A stretch of 64,000 nt of DNA from an uncultured Pelagibacteraceae bacterium (lineage in GTDB: Bacteria > Pseudomonadota > Alphaproteobacteria > Pelagibacterales > Pelagibacteraceae), in NCBI GenBank assembly GCA_902567235.1, contig CACFLX010000007.1, positions 8,754 through 72,753 on the forward strand. Reading direction: 5' to 3'. Shown here piece by piece: positions 20,345-30,051 of this stretch. Within the stretch, counting starts at the first letter, position 1; each line of letters begins with the position of its first letter. The notes under the pieces were generated by a model. The model did no database searches, was not told the DNA's origin, and saw only the letters and a list, made by a program, of their open reading frames with translations. The position numbers were made by a program, and so were the translations under genes.

Positions 20345-21685
20345 ATGACAAAAGTAGCTATTATTGGAACAGGACCGTGTGGTCTTTCAATGTTAAGGGC
20401 CTTTGAACAAGCTGAAAAGAAGGGCGAAAAAATACCTGAAATAGTTTGTTTTGAAAAACAGGAAGACTGGGGAGGATTGTGGAATTACAGTTGGAGAACT
20501 GGATCTGATCAATATGGTGACCCTGTCCCAAATAGTATGTACAGATATCTGTGGTCAAATGGTCCAAAAGAATGTTTAGAATTTGCAGACTACTCATTTG
20601 ATGAACATTTTGGAAAGCCTATTCCATCATTTCCACCAAGAGAAGTTTTATATGACTATATAACTGGTAGAGTAAAAAAAGGTAATCTAAAAAATAAAGT
20701 TAAATTTAGCACAAGTGTTTCCAAAGTTGTTTTCAATGGAAATAATTTTGAGATTACTTCTCATGATAAAAAAAATGATAAATTTTCAAATGATACTTTT
20801 GATTATGTCGTTGTATCTACTGGACATTTTTCAGTTCCCTTTATTCCAGAATACCCAGGAATGAAATCTTTTCCTGGAAGAATAATGCATTCACATGATT
20901 TTAGAGATGCGGAAGAGTTTAGAGGAAAAAATGTTATTATTTTAGGAAGCAGTTATTCAGCTGAAGATGTTGCCCTTCAATGTCACAAGTATGGAGCCAA
21001 AAGTGTAACTATAGGTTACAGAAATAACCCAATGGGTTTTAAATGGCCTAAAGGAGTAAAAGAAGTACATTATTTAGATAAACTGGTTGGAAATAAAGCA
21101 ATCTTCAAAGATGGGCATGAACAAGAAGCTGATGCAATAATCTTGTGTTCTGGTTATCTTCATCATTTCCCATTCTTAACTGAAGATCTTAAACTAAAAA
21201 CTAGAAACAGATTATACCCACCAAAATTATATAAAGGTGTTGTATGGCAAGATAATAACAAATTACTTTATTTAGGTATGCAAGATCAATTTCATACTTT
21301 TAATATGTTTGATTGTCAGGCTTGGTATGCGAGAGATGTGATTATGGGAAAAATTAAAATTCCAAATAGCTCAGAAATAGAAAAAGATATTAATAAATGG
21401 GTTACTTTAGAAGAAAAATTAGAAAATCCAGATCAAATGATAGATTTTCAAACTGAATATACAAAAGAACTTCACAAATTATCTAATTATCCAAAAATTG
21501 ATTTTGAGTTAATTAGAAAACATTTTAAAGAATGGGAACACCATAAAGTAGAAGATATTATGACATATAGAAATAAATCTTTTTCTTCACCTGTTACAGG
21601 ATCTATTGCACCTATACATCATACACCTTGGGCAACAGCAATGGACGATTCATCAAAAGTTTTTTTAAATCAACCAAAAAAATAG
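20345..21685 (+). CDS. tmm: Trimethylamine monooxygenase (bacterial FMO)
   Basis: 'GTGPCG', 'WGGLWNY', 'SMYRYLWSNGPKECLEF', FMO fingerprint 'FPGRIMHSHDFR', 'GSSYSAED'. GGAG upstream of ATG 20345. tmoXWV and tdm are nearby. Confidence 0.92.
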   Translation: MTKVAIIGTGPCGLSMLRAFEQAEKKGEKIPEIVCFEKQEDWGGLWNYSWRTGSDQYGDPVPNSMYRYLWSNGPKECLEFADYSFDEHFGKPIPSFPPREVLYDYITGRVKKGNLKNKVKFSTSVSKVVFNGNNFEITSHDKKNDKFSNDTFDYVVVSTGHFSVPFIPEYPGMKSFPGRIMHSHDFRDAEEFRGKNVIILGSSYSAEDVALQCHKYGAKSVTIGYRNNPMGFKWPKGVKEVHYLDKLVGNKAIFKDGHEQEADAIILCSGYLHHFPFLTEDLKLKTRNRLYPPKLYKGVVWQDNNKLLYLGMQDQFHTFNMFDCQAWYARDVIMGKIKIPNSSEIEKDINKWVTLEEKLENPDQMIDFQTEYTKELHKLSNYPKIDFELIRKHFKEWEHHKVEDIMTYRNKSFSSPVTGSIAPIHHTPWATAMDDSSKVFLNQPKK

Positions 21686-21690
21686 AATAA

Positions 21691-22719
21691 TTACCAGTCG
21701 ATCTGTAATTTTTTATTTTCGCAAATACATTCTAGGATGCTAAATAAAAGTGGAAATTTACGTTTATCAAATTTTGCCATAAGTTTTGGTCCAATATCAA
21801 AGGCTAATTGCGCACCTTCAACTGTTGTACTTTTCATAAATTTTTCTTTTGCTTCTTTATATAAATAACCTTGTCCCAAATATTTTCCCATTTGGCTATT
21901 TCTACCACCAGACACACTTACATATATATCTCCTAAACCAGCTAAACCATAGACAGTTTCAGTTTTACCCGAATAATTATTAACAATTTCTACCATCTCA
22001 GAAATTGATCTATGAATTAAACTAGCAGCGGTATTTAAAAAATATTTTTCCTGTATTTCTTTTGAAGCCTCTGGGTTGCTTAATCCTTGTGAGCCTCCAA
22101 TTAACATTGAATAAAGATTTTTTATAGCTGAAGAAATTTCCACACCTTCTATATCATCTGATATTTCACATTTGTAATATTCAGTCTGAACAATATTCTG
22201 AATTTTTTGGGCTTCTTTGATATCTTTATTTGCTATTATAGTTCCTGTTCTTATTTTATTTGCAAGGCCTGATGCCAAACATGGACCTTTAACTGAAGAA
22301 ATATTAATATTCTTATGGCCATTTTTTTTTAAAATCATTTCCAATTTTTCAGTCAAAGTTGTTAGTTGATCATCAATTATTGAAAGACCTTTTGTTAGCA
22401 AAATTATTGGTGTGTTAGCTTTATAAAACTTTGAAATCTCATCACCTGCCCAATCGATCCCAGCTGAGCTAACGGCAACTACGATTAAATCTAAATTTGA
22501 TTCAGCAATTTCAATAATTTTTTCAAATTTTTCAATTTTAATATTATTTGGTAAAACCACATTTAAACTTGGGTGCAAATTTTTATTCGATTTTATTGAG
22601 GAGATAAAATCATCTTCTAATACTGAGCCAATTATAGTGACATCATTACTATTTTCCACACAAGGAATCGAAAAAGCAGATCCCATTGCTCCAGCGCCAA
22701 TTATTAATATTTTTTTCAT
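21691..22719 (-). CDS. gpsA: NAD(P)H-dependent glycerol-3-phosphate dehydrogenase family protein
   Basis: 'GAGAMGSA', 'LTKG', 'GVEISSAIKN', 'GLAGLGD', 'GRNSQMG', 'TVEG'. Confidence 0.8.
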   Translation of the reverse strand: MKKILIIGAGAMGSAFSIPCVENSNDVTIIGSVLEDDFISSIKSNKNLHPSLNVVLPNNIKIEKFEKIIEIAESNLDLIVVAVSSAGIDWAGDEISKFYKANTPIILLTKGLSIIDDQLTTLTEKLEMILKKNGHKNINISSVKGPCLASGLANKIRTGTIIANKDIKEAQKIQNIVQTEYYKCEISDDIEGVEISSAIKNLYSMLIGGSQGLSNPEASKEIQEKYFLNTAASLIHRSISEMVEIVNNYSGKTETVYGLAGLGDIYVSVSGGRNSQMGKYLGQGYLYKEAKEKFMKSTTVEGAQLAFDIGPKLMAKFDKRKFPLLFSILECICENKKLQIDW

Positions 22720-22727
22720 AGCTAAAA

Positions 22728-24206
22728 TTATGCTAAAGTTTTTCTAATTGCTTGTTTCCATCCTTGCAATAAATTATTTCTCAATGATTTATTAAGTTTT
22801 GGAGAAAAAACTCTATCTTTTTTCCACTTACCTTGAATTTCATTCAAAGATTTAAATTCTCCAATCTGATATCCGGCTAAAAATGCAGCTCCTAAGGCTG
22901 TTGTTTCTAGAGTCTTTGGTCTAATAACATTTAAATTTATTATATCTGATAAAAACTGAGTAAACCAATTGTTGGCAACCATTCCTCCATCAACTTTGAT
23001 CAATTTAGGTTTCAGTCCATCTTTTTTCATTGCATCAAATAAATCATAACTTTGATAAGCAACAGACTCTACAACAGCTCTTACTAAACTTTTCCAATCA
23101 CTGTCTCTTGTTAAACCAGTAATGACCCCTCTAGCATCTGATCTCCAATAAGGAGCACCAATTCCACTAAAAGCTGGAACTACATAAACACCATCATTAT
23201 TTTTTTTTGATTTAGCAATTTTTTCTGTTTCATATGCATTATTGATTAGTTTTATTTTATCTCTAAGCCATTGTACTCCTGCTCCAGCAATAAAAATTGA
23301 ACCTTCTAGTGCATAAGTATTTTTTCCATTTAGTCGATAACAAATTGTGGTTAATAATTTGTTTTTTGAAAAAATTTTTTTTGAACCAGTATTCATTATT
23401 ACAAATGCACCAGTACCGTAAGTACTTTTTATTGAACCTTTTTGAAAACATGATTGACCAATTGCTGCTGCCTGTTGATCTCCTAAAACAGCAGATATAG
23501 GAATTTCTAGTCCAATAATTTTTTTGTCTGTAGTTCCAAAATTGTCAGCTGAATTTTTTACTTCTGGTAAAATTTTGTACGGTATTTTTAATTTTTTCAA
23601 TATATTTTTATCCCACTGATTGGTATTTATATTGTAAAGCATTGTTCTAGATGCATTGGTTGCTTCTGTTAAATGTTTTTTTCCATTAGTAAGCTTCCAA
23701 ATTAAAAAAGTGTCAATAGTTCCAAATAGTAAATTATTGGACTTTAATAATTTTTTTGATTCTTTTACATTATCCAATATCCATCTAATTTTTGTTGCTG
23801 AAAAATATGGATCGATAAATAAACCAGTTTTTTTTCTAATAACATTTTCATAATTATTTTTTTTTAAATTCTGGCAAAATTGTTGTGTTCGTCTATCCTG
23901 CCAAACAATAGCATTATTTATAGGTCTGCCATTTTTTTTATTCCAAAGCACAGTTGTTTCTCTCTGATTAGTAATTCCAATACTTAATATTTTTCCTTTT
24001 AACTGCTTTGCCTTTTGTGAAACTTTTTTTAATGATTTAAGTGTGGTCATCCAAATCTCATTTGGATTATGTTCTACCCAACCATTGTTTGGAAAATATT
24101 GTTTAAATTCAAACTGTGATATAAATTTTGTATTACCTTTTGTATCAAACAAAATTACTCTTGTTGATGTTGTGCCTTGGTCAATAGCAACAATAAATTT
24201 TTTCAC
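22728..24206 (-). CDS. glpK: Glycerol kinase
   Basis: 'DQGTTSTR', 'GITNQRETT', 'AIVWQDRRT', 'TNASRT', 'GDQQAA', 'KSTYGTG', 'ETTALGAA'. GTG start. Confidence 0.96.
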   Translation of the reverse strand: MKKFIVAIDQGTTSTRVILFDTKGNTKFISQFEFKQYFPNNGWVEHNPNEIWMTTLKSLKKVSQKAKQLKGKILSIGITNQRETTVLWNKKNGRPINNAIVWQDRRTQQFCQNLKKNNYENVIRKKTGLFIDPYFSATKIRWILDNVKESKKLLKSNNLLFGTIDTFLIWKLTNGKKHLTEATNASRTMLYNINTNQWDKNILKKLKIPYKILPEVKNSADNFGTTDKKIIGLEIPISAVLGDQQAAAIGQSCFQKGSIKSTYGTGAFVIMNTGSKKIFSKNKLLTTICYRLNGKNTYALEGSIFIAGAGVQWLRDKIKLINNAYETEKIAKSKKNNDGVYVVPAFSGIGAPYWRSDARGVITGLTRDSDWKSLVRAVVESVAYQSYDLFDAMKKDGLKPKLIKVDGGMVANNWFTQFLSDIINLNVIRPKTLETTALGAAFLAGYQIGEFKSLNEIQGKWKKDRVFSPKLNKSLRNNLLQGWKQAIRKTLA

Positions 24207-24210
24207 AATT

Positions 24211-26364
24211 TTAATTTATGCCAAGATGTTTTTTTCTTTTTTCTACCCAGGTTCTAATTAAATTATCAAATATTAAACCTATGAAAGCAACACAAATCCC
24301 AAGAGTAAACCCTATACCTGCTCCTTTTTTATCAGACAATGCTTTTAGAATATATTGTCCTAGATCTTCAGTTCCAATGAATGCCCCGATGATCACCATA
24401 AACAATGCAAATACGATTGTTTGATTTAAACCAAGCATCATGTGAGGGAACGCTAAAGGAAATTCTATTTTAGTTAATCTTTGGAATTTATTTACACCTG
24501 ACATTGTTGCGGCATCATGCAAACCTACTGGAACACTTCTAAGACCTTCAATTGTATATCTTGTTGCTGGTATTGTTGCATAAACTATAACTGCAATTAA
24601 AACTGATGTATCAGTTATACCAAAAAGCATCATCACTGGAATTAAATATACAAAAGAAGGAAAAGTTTGAAATATATCACAAACACCCAACATAAAACTC
24701 GCAGAATGTTTGTTTTGAAAACATAAAGTTCCAACTGTAAATCCAATTATACAAGATATAACAACTCCAAAAGTTGCCATATAAGCTGTCACTAATGCTC
24801 TATCCCACCATGGACTTAGGGCTATAAATAATGTTAATCCGCAAACAACTAGTGCTGAACGAAACCCACCAATTAAATATCCAGCTCCAACAACCAAAAC
24901 TAATGTAGCAACCGCAGGCATTCTTAAATATAAAGCTCTCATTGGCTGAAGCACGTCTTGAATCAACCATGTATTAAATGCTTTTATATACACAAAGAAT
25001 GTATCAAAGATCCAGTCAACACCTTTATTCCAAAAATCTGCTGTTGATATACCTTTGTTATGTGGAACTTCAAATAAATAGTTGTAACTACCTTTAAACA
25101 AAAAAGTTCCAACATAAGCAAGTATAATTCCTATAATTACTGTTGCAGCAAAAAATAAAAGATTTTTATTTCTTTGATAGAATGTCAGATTGCCGAAATA
25201 ATCTGTTTGTTTATTTGCCCAAGCCAAAGACATTTTATCTAAAAGAATTGCAATTAAACTAATACATAATCCGGCTTCTAAAGCTAAACCGATATTGAGT
25301 TGGTTTAAGGCTAATAATAAATTAAATCCCAAACCTTTTGCGCCTATAAATGCAGAAATAACAGCCATAGAAAAACAAACCATTATGACTTGGTTTACTC
25401 CAATCAAGATATCTCTTCTTGCAGTTGGAATTAATACTTTAAACATCAATTGCCAATTATTACACCCACTCATTCTACCTGCTTCAATAACTTCTGGTGG
25501 TATTGCTCTTAAACCTAATATAGTTAATAATATCATTGGTGGAACAGCAACAACCATAGTTATAATTACTGCAGCATGATCACCAACTCCAAAAAGAACA
25601 AGCGCAGGAACCAATACCGCATATTGTGGCATTGTTTGCATAACTAAAAGTATTGGATATAAAGCTTTCTCAACACGTTTACTTTTAAATGCCGCTATAC
25701 CTAAGCCTAAGCCAAAAATAAATGATAGTGGTGCTGCAACTAATATAAATGAAAGAGTTTGCATCGATGGTTTCCATTGACCAAATACAGAAATGTAAAC
25801 CATAACTAAACCTGCAAACAAAGCTAGACCTTTACCACTTAGTTTATAAGCAAGTATTGCTGAACCCGCAGCAACAATAGTCCATGGTAAACCTGGTAGC
25901 TCTGCCCAAGGGTTTTTGTCTATCCAATCCCAACTGGTAAATGCAACAATAGTTTCAAGTCCACCTAATAAAATCTCTCTAATGAGTTCTATTAGAAATG
26001 TCATAAAAGCAGTTAAATTTCTACTTATTTGTAAAACTAATGGTCGAGTTCTGAATTCTTGAGTATCTTCGTTCCAAAATTCAATTGGCATCCATTCATT
26101 CATTAAAAAAAATAATGAATCATTTATCCAAATAGGTAACCATCCAAGTAATGGAGGCAACCTCCAAAAGACATCAAAAGCATAATATCTTACTTCTTTG
26201 CCTAGAAAAACGAAGGAGCTTTGGTTTGGATCTTTAACAAATTCTGCTTGGCCTCGTATAAATTTATATGTTTCAGGAACATCAATTGCAAAACATAAAG
26301 CAAAAAATACAATCAATAAAAATAGCCATTGAAATAACTTTGGATATTTTTTTATTAATTCCAT
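24211..26364 (-). CDS. tmoV: TMAO ABC transporter permease (two fused ProW-type domains)
   Basis: Two EAA loops ('IEAGRMSGC', 'HDAATMSGV') and two 'QT.P..V' motifs. Context with tmm, tdm and tmoX. Confidence 0.8.
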   Translation of the reverse strand: MELIKKYPKLFQWLFLLIVFFALCFAIDVPETYKFIRGQAEFVKDPNQSSFVFLGKEVRYYAFDVFWRLPPLLGWLPIWINDSLFFLMNEWMPIEFWNEDTQEFRTRPLVLQISRNLTAFMTFLIELIREILLGGLETIVAFTSWDWIDKNPWAELPGLPWTIVAAGSAILAYKLSGKGLALFAGLVMVYISVFGQWKPSMQTLSFILVAAPLSFIFGLGLGIAAFKSKRVEKALYPILLVMQTMPQYAVLVPALVLFGVGDHAAVIITMVVAVPPMILLTILGLRAIPPEVIEAGRMSGCNNWQLMFKVLIPTARRDILIGVNQVIMVCFSMAVISAFIGAKGLGFNLLLALNQLNIGLALEAGLCISLIAILLDKMSLAWANKQTDYFGNLTFYQRNKNLLFFAATVIIGIILAYVGTFLFKGSYNYLFEVPHNKGISTADFWNKGVDWIFDTFFVYIKAFNTWLIQDVLQPMRALYLRMPAVATLVLVVGAGYLIGGFRSALVVCGLTLFIALSPWWDRALVTAYMATFGVVISCIIGFTVGTLCFQNKHSASFMLGVCDIFQTFPSFVYLIPVMMLFGITDTSVLIAVIVYATIPATRYTIEGLRSVPVGLHDAATMSGVNKFQRLTKIEFPLAFPHMMLGLNQTIVFALFMVIIGAFIGTEDLGQYILKALSDKKGAGIGFTLGICVAFIGLIFDNLIRTWVEKRKKHLGIN

Positions 26365-26367
26365 GAT

Positions 26368-27399
26368 TTAATTATTATTTTTTCTTCCTCCAAAAACTGT
26401 ATTAATTATTTTTGTTGGATTAATAGAGCCTACAATTTTGTTGTTATTATCTATAACTGCTACTGATTTTTCTTGTGTTAAAATTTTTTCAGCAACATTT
26501 TCAATAATTTCATCTTTTGAAACCTTCAATTCACCCATATTATCAGTGGTAGATGGGTCCATTACATCTCCAATTAATAGAACTTTTTCTCTAGGTACTT
26601 CTTCAGTAAATTTCCTTACATATTCAGTTGCTGGATTTAAAACAATATTTGCAGGTGTATCTAGCTGTTCAATTATTCCATCTTTCATAATGGCAATACG
26701 ATCAGCAAGTTTTAGAGCCTCATCAAAATCATGTGTAATAAACATAATTGTTTTTTGTAATTTATCTTGAAGTCTTAAAAATTCATCCTGCATTTCTTTT
26801 CTAATTAATGGATCTAATGCAGAAAAAGGTTCATCCAAAAACCAAATATCTGGCTCTACTGCTAATGATCTCGCAATACCTACTCTCTGTTGTTGACCTC
26901 CAGAAAGTTCTCTTGGAAAATAGTTTTCTCTTCCATCAAGACCAACAAGTTTAACCATATCCATTGCTTTACTAATACTATCTTCAGTTTTAATTCCCTT
27001 AATTTGGAGTGGGAAAGCAATATTTTCTACAACTGTTTTATGAGGAAGTAGAGCAAAACTCTGAAAAACCATTCCCATTTTATTTCTTCTGAGCTCTATT
27101 AGTTCTTTATTATTTAATTGAAGTAAATCTTGACCTTCTATAAAAATTTTTCCATCTGTTGCATCAGTTAATCTAGAAATACATCTTAGTAAAGTTGATT
27201 TACCTGATCCGGATAAACCCATTACAACTAACATTTCTCCCTTTGAAACTTCAAATGAAGCATTGTTAACACCTACTATGCATCCATTTTCTTGAAAAGT
27301 TTTTGCGTCTACATTGCCATTTGAATCTTTAAGCATTTTTTTGGCATTTTCTCCAAAAATTTTATAAACAGCTTCACATTTAATTACTGGTTCAGACAT
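26368..27399 (-). CDS. tmoW: TMAO ABC transporter ATP-binding subunit (ProV family)
   Basis: Walker A 'GLSGSGKS', 'LSGGQQQRV', 'DEPFSALDPLIR'. Confidence 0.82.
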   Translation of the reverse strand: MSEPVIKCEAVYKIFGENAKKMLKDSNGNVDAKTFQENGCIVGVNNASFEVSKGEMLVVMGLSGSGKSTLLRCISRLTDATDGKIFIEGQDLLQLNNKELIELRRNKMGMVFQSFALLPHKTVVENIAFPLQIKGIKTEDSISKAMDMVKLVGLDGRENYFPRELSGGQQQRVGIARSLAVEPDIWFLDEPFSALDPLIRKEMQDEFLRLQDKLQKTIMFITHDFDEALKLADRIAIMKDGIIEQLDTPANIVLNPATEYVRKFTEEVPREKVLLIGDVMDPSTTDNMGELKVSKDEIIENVAEKILTQEKSVAVIDNNNKIVGSINPTKIINTVFGGRKNNN

Positions 27400-27464
27400 A
27401 AATTTTAATAAAGTTATACGAAATTAAGATAAAATAAAATCTATATAATTTGTTCATTTCCTCC

Positions 27465-28016
27465 TTAAAAATTTTTAATAAAATAAACCCTTGTATCAAT
27501 ACCGGTGCTTAAAAAACTTAAAACCTCTCCACTTACATTTGCTGTTCTATTTACTCCTACATTCGCACCACTTACAGTGTAACCAGCAAAGCATTTATTT
27601 TTCTCTTTATCCCATTTAACATACGTTTCATCAATTTTATTACCATTGATAGTATATAGTTCGTAAGCTTCATAATTTAAAAAATGAGCAGCCATTATAG
27701 CACGTTGAGGAAGAAGTTTTGTTGCATTACAAACTGCTTCATATAGTTCATCAGTCAATCTAAAATTATCTGTTCCATCAAATGTTACCAGAATACCTGA
27801 TGGAAGTTGGGATATAAGTGCATTAAGTTTTTTTTCTTCTGCGATTCTTTCTTCTTCTAGTTTCATTTTTTTAATTAATTCATCTCCTCCTCCCCAATAA
27901 ATATTTAAAATACCAAAAGATAAAATTATAATAAGTGTTAAGATAAGAAGACCTCCAAACTGCTTTGTTGTTTCGGGCAACTCTTTTAATTTATTTATAT
28001 AATTATTTTTTATCAT
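27465..28016 (-). CDS. Hypothetical membrane-anchored protein
   Basis: One N-terminal TM segment, a short coiled coil and two Cys. Confidence 0.6.
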   Translation of the reverse strand: MIKNNYINKLKELPETTKQFGGLLILTLIIILSFGILNIYWGGGDELIKKMKLEEERIAEEKKLNALISQLPSGILVTFDGTDNFRLTDELYEAVCNATKLLPQRAIMAAHFLNYEAYELYTINGNKIDETYVKWDKEKNKCFAGYTVSGANVGVNRTANVSGEVLSFLSTGIDTRVYFIKNF

Positions 28017-28024
28017 TATTTTAA

Positions 28025-28402
28025 TTATTCTTGTAACTTTCCATTAACCCAGGTGCCTGTTTTTTCTTTACCATCAGACCAGGTGAAAGTTCCTTTTCCA
28101 TTCATAAAACCATTAGCCCATTCTCCAACGTACGTTGCACCATTTGGAAAAGTTAAAGTACCTTGTCCACTCCACTCGCTGTTTTTAAATTCGCCTTTAT
28201 AAATATATCCATTAGGCCAAGTTTCTGTTCCTTGACCATGTTTTTTTGTATTTACCCATTCACCTTCATAAGTTGTTTTATCTGTATAAACCCACTTACC
28301 ATAACCATTTTCACAATTTCCCTCCTTACATCCGGTACTACGAGCTAAAACTTCAGATGTAATAAAAAAACTAAAAATTATACTGATAATAAATTTTTTC
28401 AT
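28025..28402 (-). CDS. Secreted MORN-repeat protein
   Basis: Signal peptide, 'GCKEGNCENGYG' cap and repeats 'YEGEW....HGQG', 'YKGEF....SGQG', 'YVGEW....NGKG'. Confidence 0.9.
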   Translation of the reverse strand: MKKFIISIIFSFFITSEVLARSTGCKEGNCENGYGKWVYTDKTTYEGEWVNTKKHGQGTETWPNGYIYKGEFKNSEWSGQGTLTFPNGATYVGEWANGFMNGKGTFTWSDGKEKTGTWVNGKLQE

Positions 28403-28436
28403 AACAATATTTTACACAAAATTAATTAAAAAAAAA

Positions 28437-28898
28437 TCAGACATTTGTGTTTCTTTTTCTGCATGAATAAAAAGAAATATCTTTTTCTGCATTCTCACTT
28501 TTTACATTTCTTGTAATTTCATGAACTAATTCGCCTGATTTTCTATTAATAATACCAGACTCAGAGTAATTTTTTTTTGGGTCAATTGCTTTAAATAAAA
28601 CCACATCTTTATTTACTATCTTAACACTTAATTTTGTCTTATCTGAAAGAAATAAAGATAGTCCATTAATCAAAAGTGTTTCTGGTTTTTTTGCCTCAAT
28701 ATCAAATTTATCTAAATTCTTGTCATCTAAATCTTCAGCTAGAAAAGTTTGATAATTGTATTCAGAATTCTTTAGTATTTTTTTTTCTAAGTCACATACA
28801 AAACTAAGATTAATATTCTCTTGGATATCTACATCTTTTGCTAAGGTTGAATTAAAAAATAGTAAACTAAAAGATATACAAAAAAAATATTTTATCAT
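28437..28898 (-). CDS. Hypothetical secreted protein
   Basis: Signal-peptide-like N-terminus, paired Cys near both ends, 'INRKSGEL' motif. Confidence 0.6.
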   Translation of the reverse strand: MIKYFFCISFSLLFFNSTLAKDVDIQENINLSFVCDLEKKILKNSEYNYQTFLAEDLDDKNLDKFDIEAKKPETLLINGLSLFLSDKTKLSVKIVNKDVVLFKAIDPKKNYSESGIINRKSGELVHEITRNVKSENAEKDISFYSCRKRNTNV

Positions 28899-28940
28899 TA
28901 GATTAATTTAAAATTTATATTAACCATCTTTCTGAAGTTA

Positions 28941-28980
28941 AAATAAAAAAATCCCCCCCAACATTGTTGGGGGAGACTTT
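28941..28980 (-). terminator. Rho-independent terminator downstream of tmoX
   Basis: Stem cccccaac/gttggggg followed on the minus strand by a T-rich tract (forward aaataaaaaaa). Confidence 0.75.
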
Positions 28981-29001
28981 ATAATTTATTAGCTTTAACC
29001 T

Positions 29002-29949
29002 TTATTTAGTAAAAGCTTGCCAAACACTCTTGTTGTCAGCTAACCATTTTTTAGCTGCATCTTCGTGAGTCATTTTGTCAACGTCAACTAAGGCTGCCAT
29101 TGCACCAATTTGACTTGTAGAGAATGACATTTTTTTGAACATTGCAGCTGCTTTTGGATGAGTTTTTGGAAAATCAGCGTTAACTGCTTTTTTCAAATAA
29201 CCATCTGGCGAACCACATTTACCGTCTCCACCATCTTCTGGTCTACAACCAGCTGTGTATGGAGGGAAGTCTATAAATGTAAAACCAGCACCATCTGTAA
29301 AGTTTGGTGTCCAGTTAAAGATGATAGTTCCTCTTCCTTCTTTTTTAGCTGCTGCTAACTCTGCCCAAAGTGCATCTGCACTTCCAGCAAATTTAACCCA
29401 CCAAAGATCTCCTAGACCTAAAGCGTCAACTCTTTGTGGTATTAAATCACCATGCCAAGTTTGTGGACCTTCTAACATTCTTCCTTTTCCATCTGGTGAA
29501 TCAGGTGTTGTGAAGTTTTTTGCACAGTCAGGATTTTTTAAAGCAGTCCAGTCTGGTAGACCTGGGCATAAACCTTTTTCAGCAACCCAATTTGGATATC
29601 CCATATCCTCAAGAGTTCTTGCTTCATGATCACCCCAGTCAAGCAAACCACCTTTGTCCAAAGCTGTTGTAAATGATTTACCAAAAGCAGATTCCCAAAC
29701 TTCGTGTGATATAGTTACATCACCAATTCGAATTGATTCATAAACTGCTTGTGAGTCAGCGTTTACATATTTTACGTTATTTCCCATACTTTCCATAATT
29801 CCACCAATTACATAAGCCATAACAATTTGACTTGACCAATTGTGTGTTGGGATAACGATAGGTTTCTTACTATCTGCAGAATTTGCTATTCCAGTAAATG
29901 AAACAACTGAAATAACTAAAGCAGATAAAAGAGATATTATTTTTCTCAT
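29002..29949 (-). CDS. tmoX: TMAO ABC transporter substrate-binding protein
   Basis: Signal peptide, 'HNWSSQIVM', 'HEVWE', 'CPGLPDWTAL', 'FNWTPNF'. Divergent from tdm. Confidence 0.82.
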   Translation of the reverse strand: MRKIISLLSALVISVVSFTGIANSADSKKPIVIPTHNWSSQIVMAYVIGGIMESMGNNVKYVNADSQAVYESIRIGDVTISHEVWESAFGKSFTTALDKGGLLDWGDHEARTLEDMGYPNWVAEKGLCPGLPDWTALKNPDCAKNFTTPDSPDGKGRMLEGPQTWHGDLIPQRVDALGLGDLWWVKFAGSADALWAELAAAKKEGRGTIIFNWTPNFTDGAGFTFIDFPPYTAGCRPEDGGDGKCGSPDGYLKKAVNADFPKTHPKAAAMFKKMSFSTSQIGAMAALVDVDKMTHEDAAKKWLADNKSVWQAFTK

Positions 29950-30051
29950 TTTTTTCCCCTTTCCTTAATATTAAGTGAAGTTAGTATCTGCTTAATTAAA
30001 TGTATAGTCAACAAGAGTTAGATATATTATGTTCGTTGTAGGCTTTTAAAA

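Noticed and set aside
28025-28402. Repetitive DNA or CRISPR-like periodicity
   Set aside because: Periodicity comes from protein-level MORN repeats; there are no identical DNA repeats with spacers.
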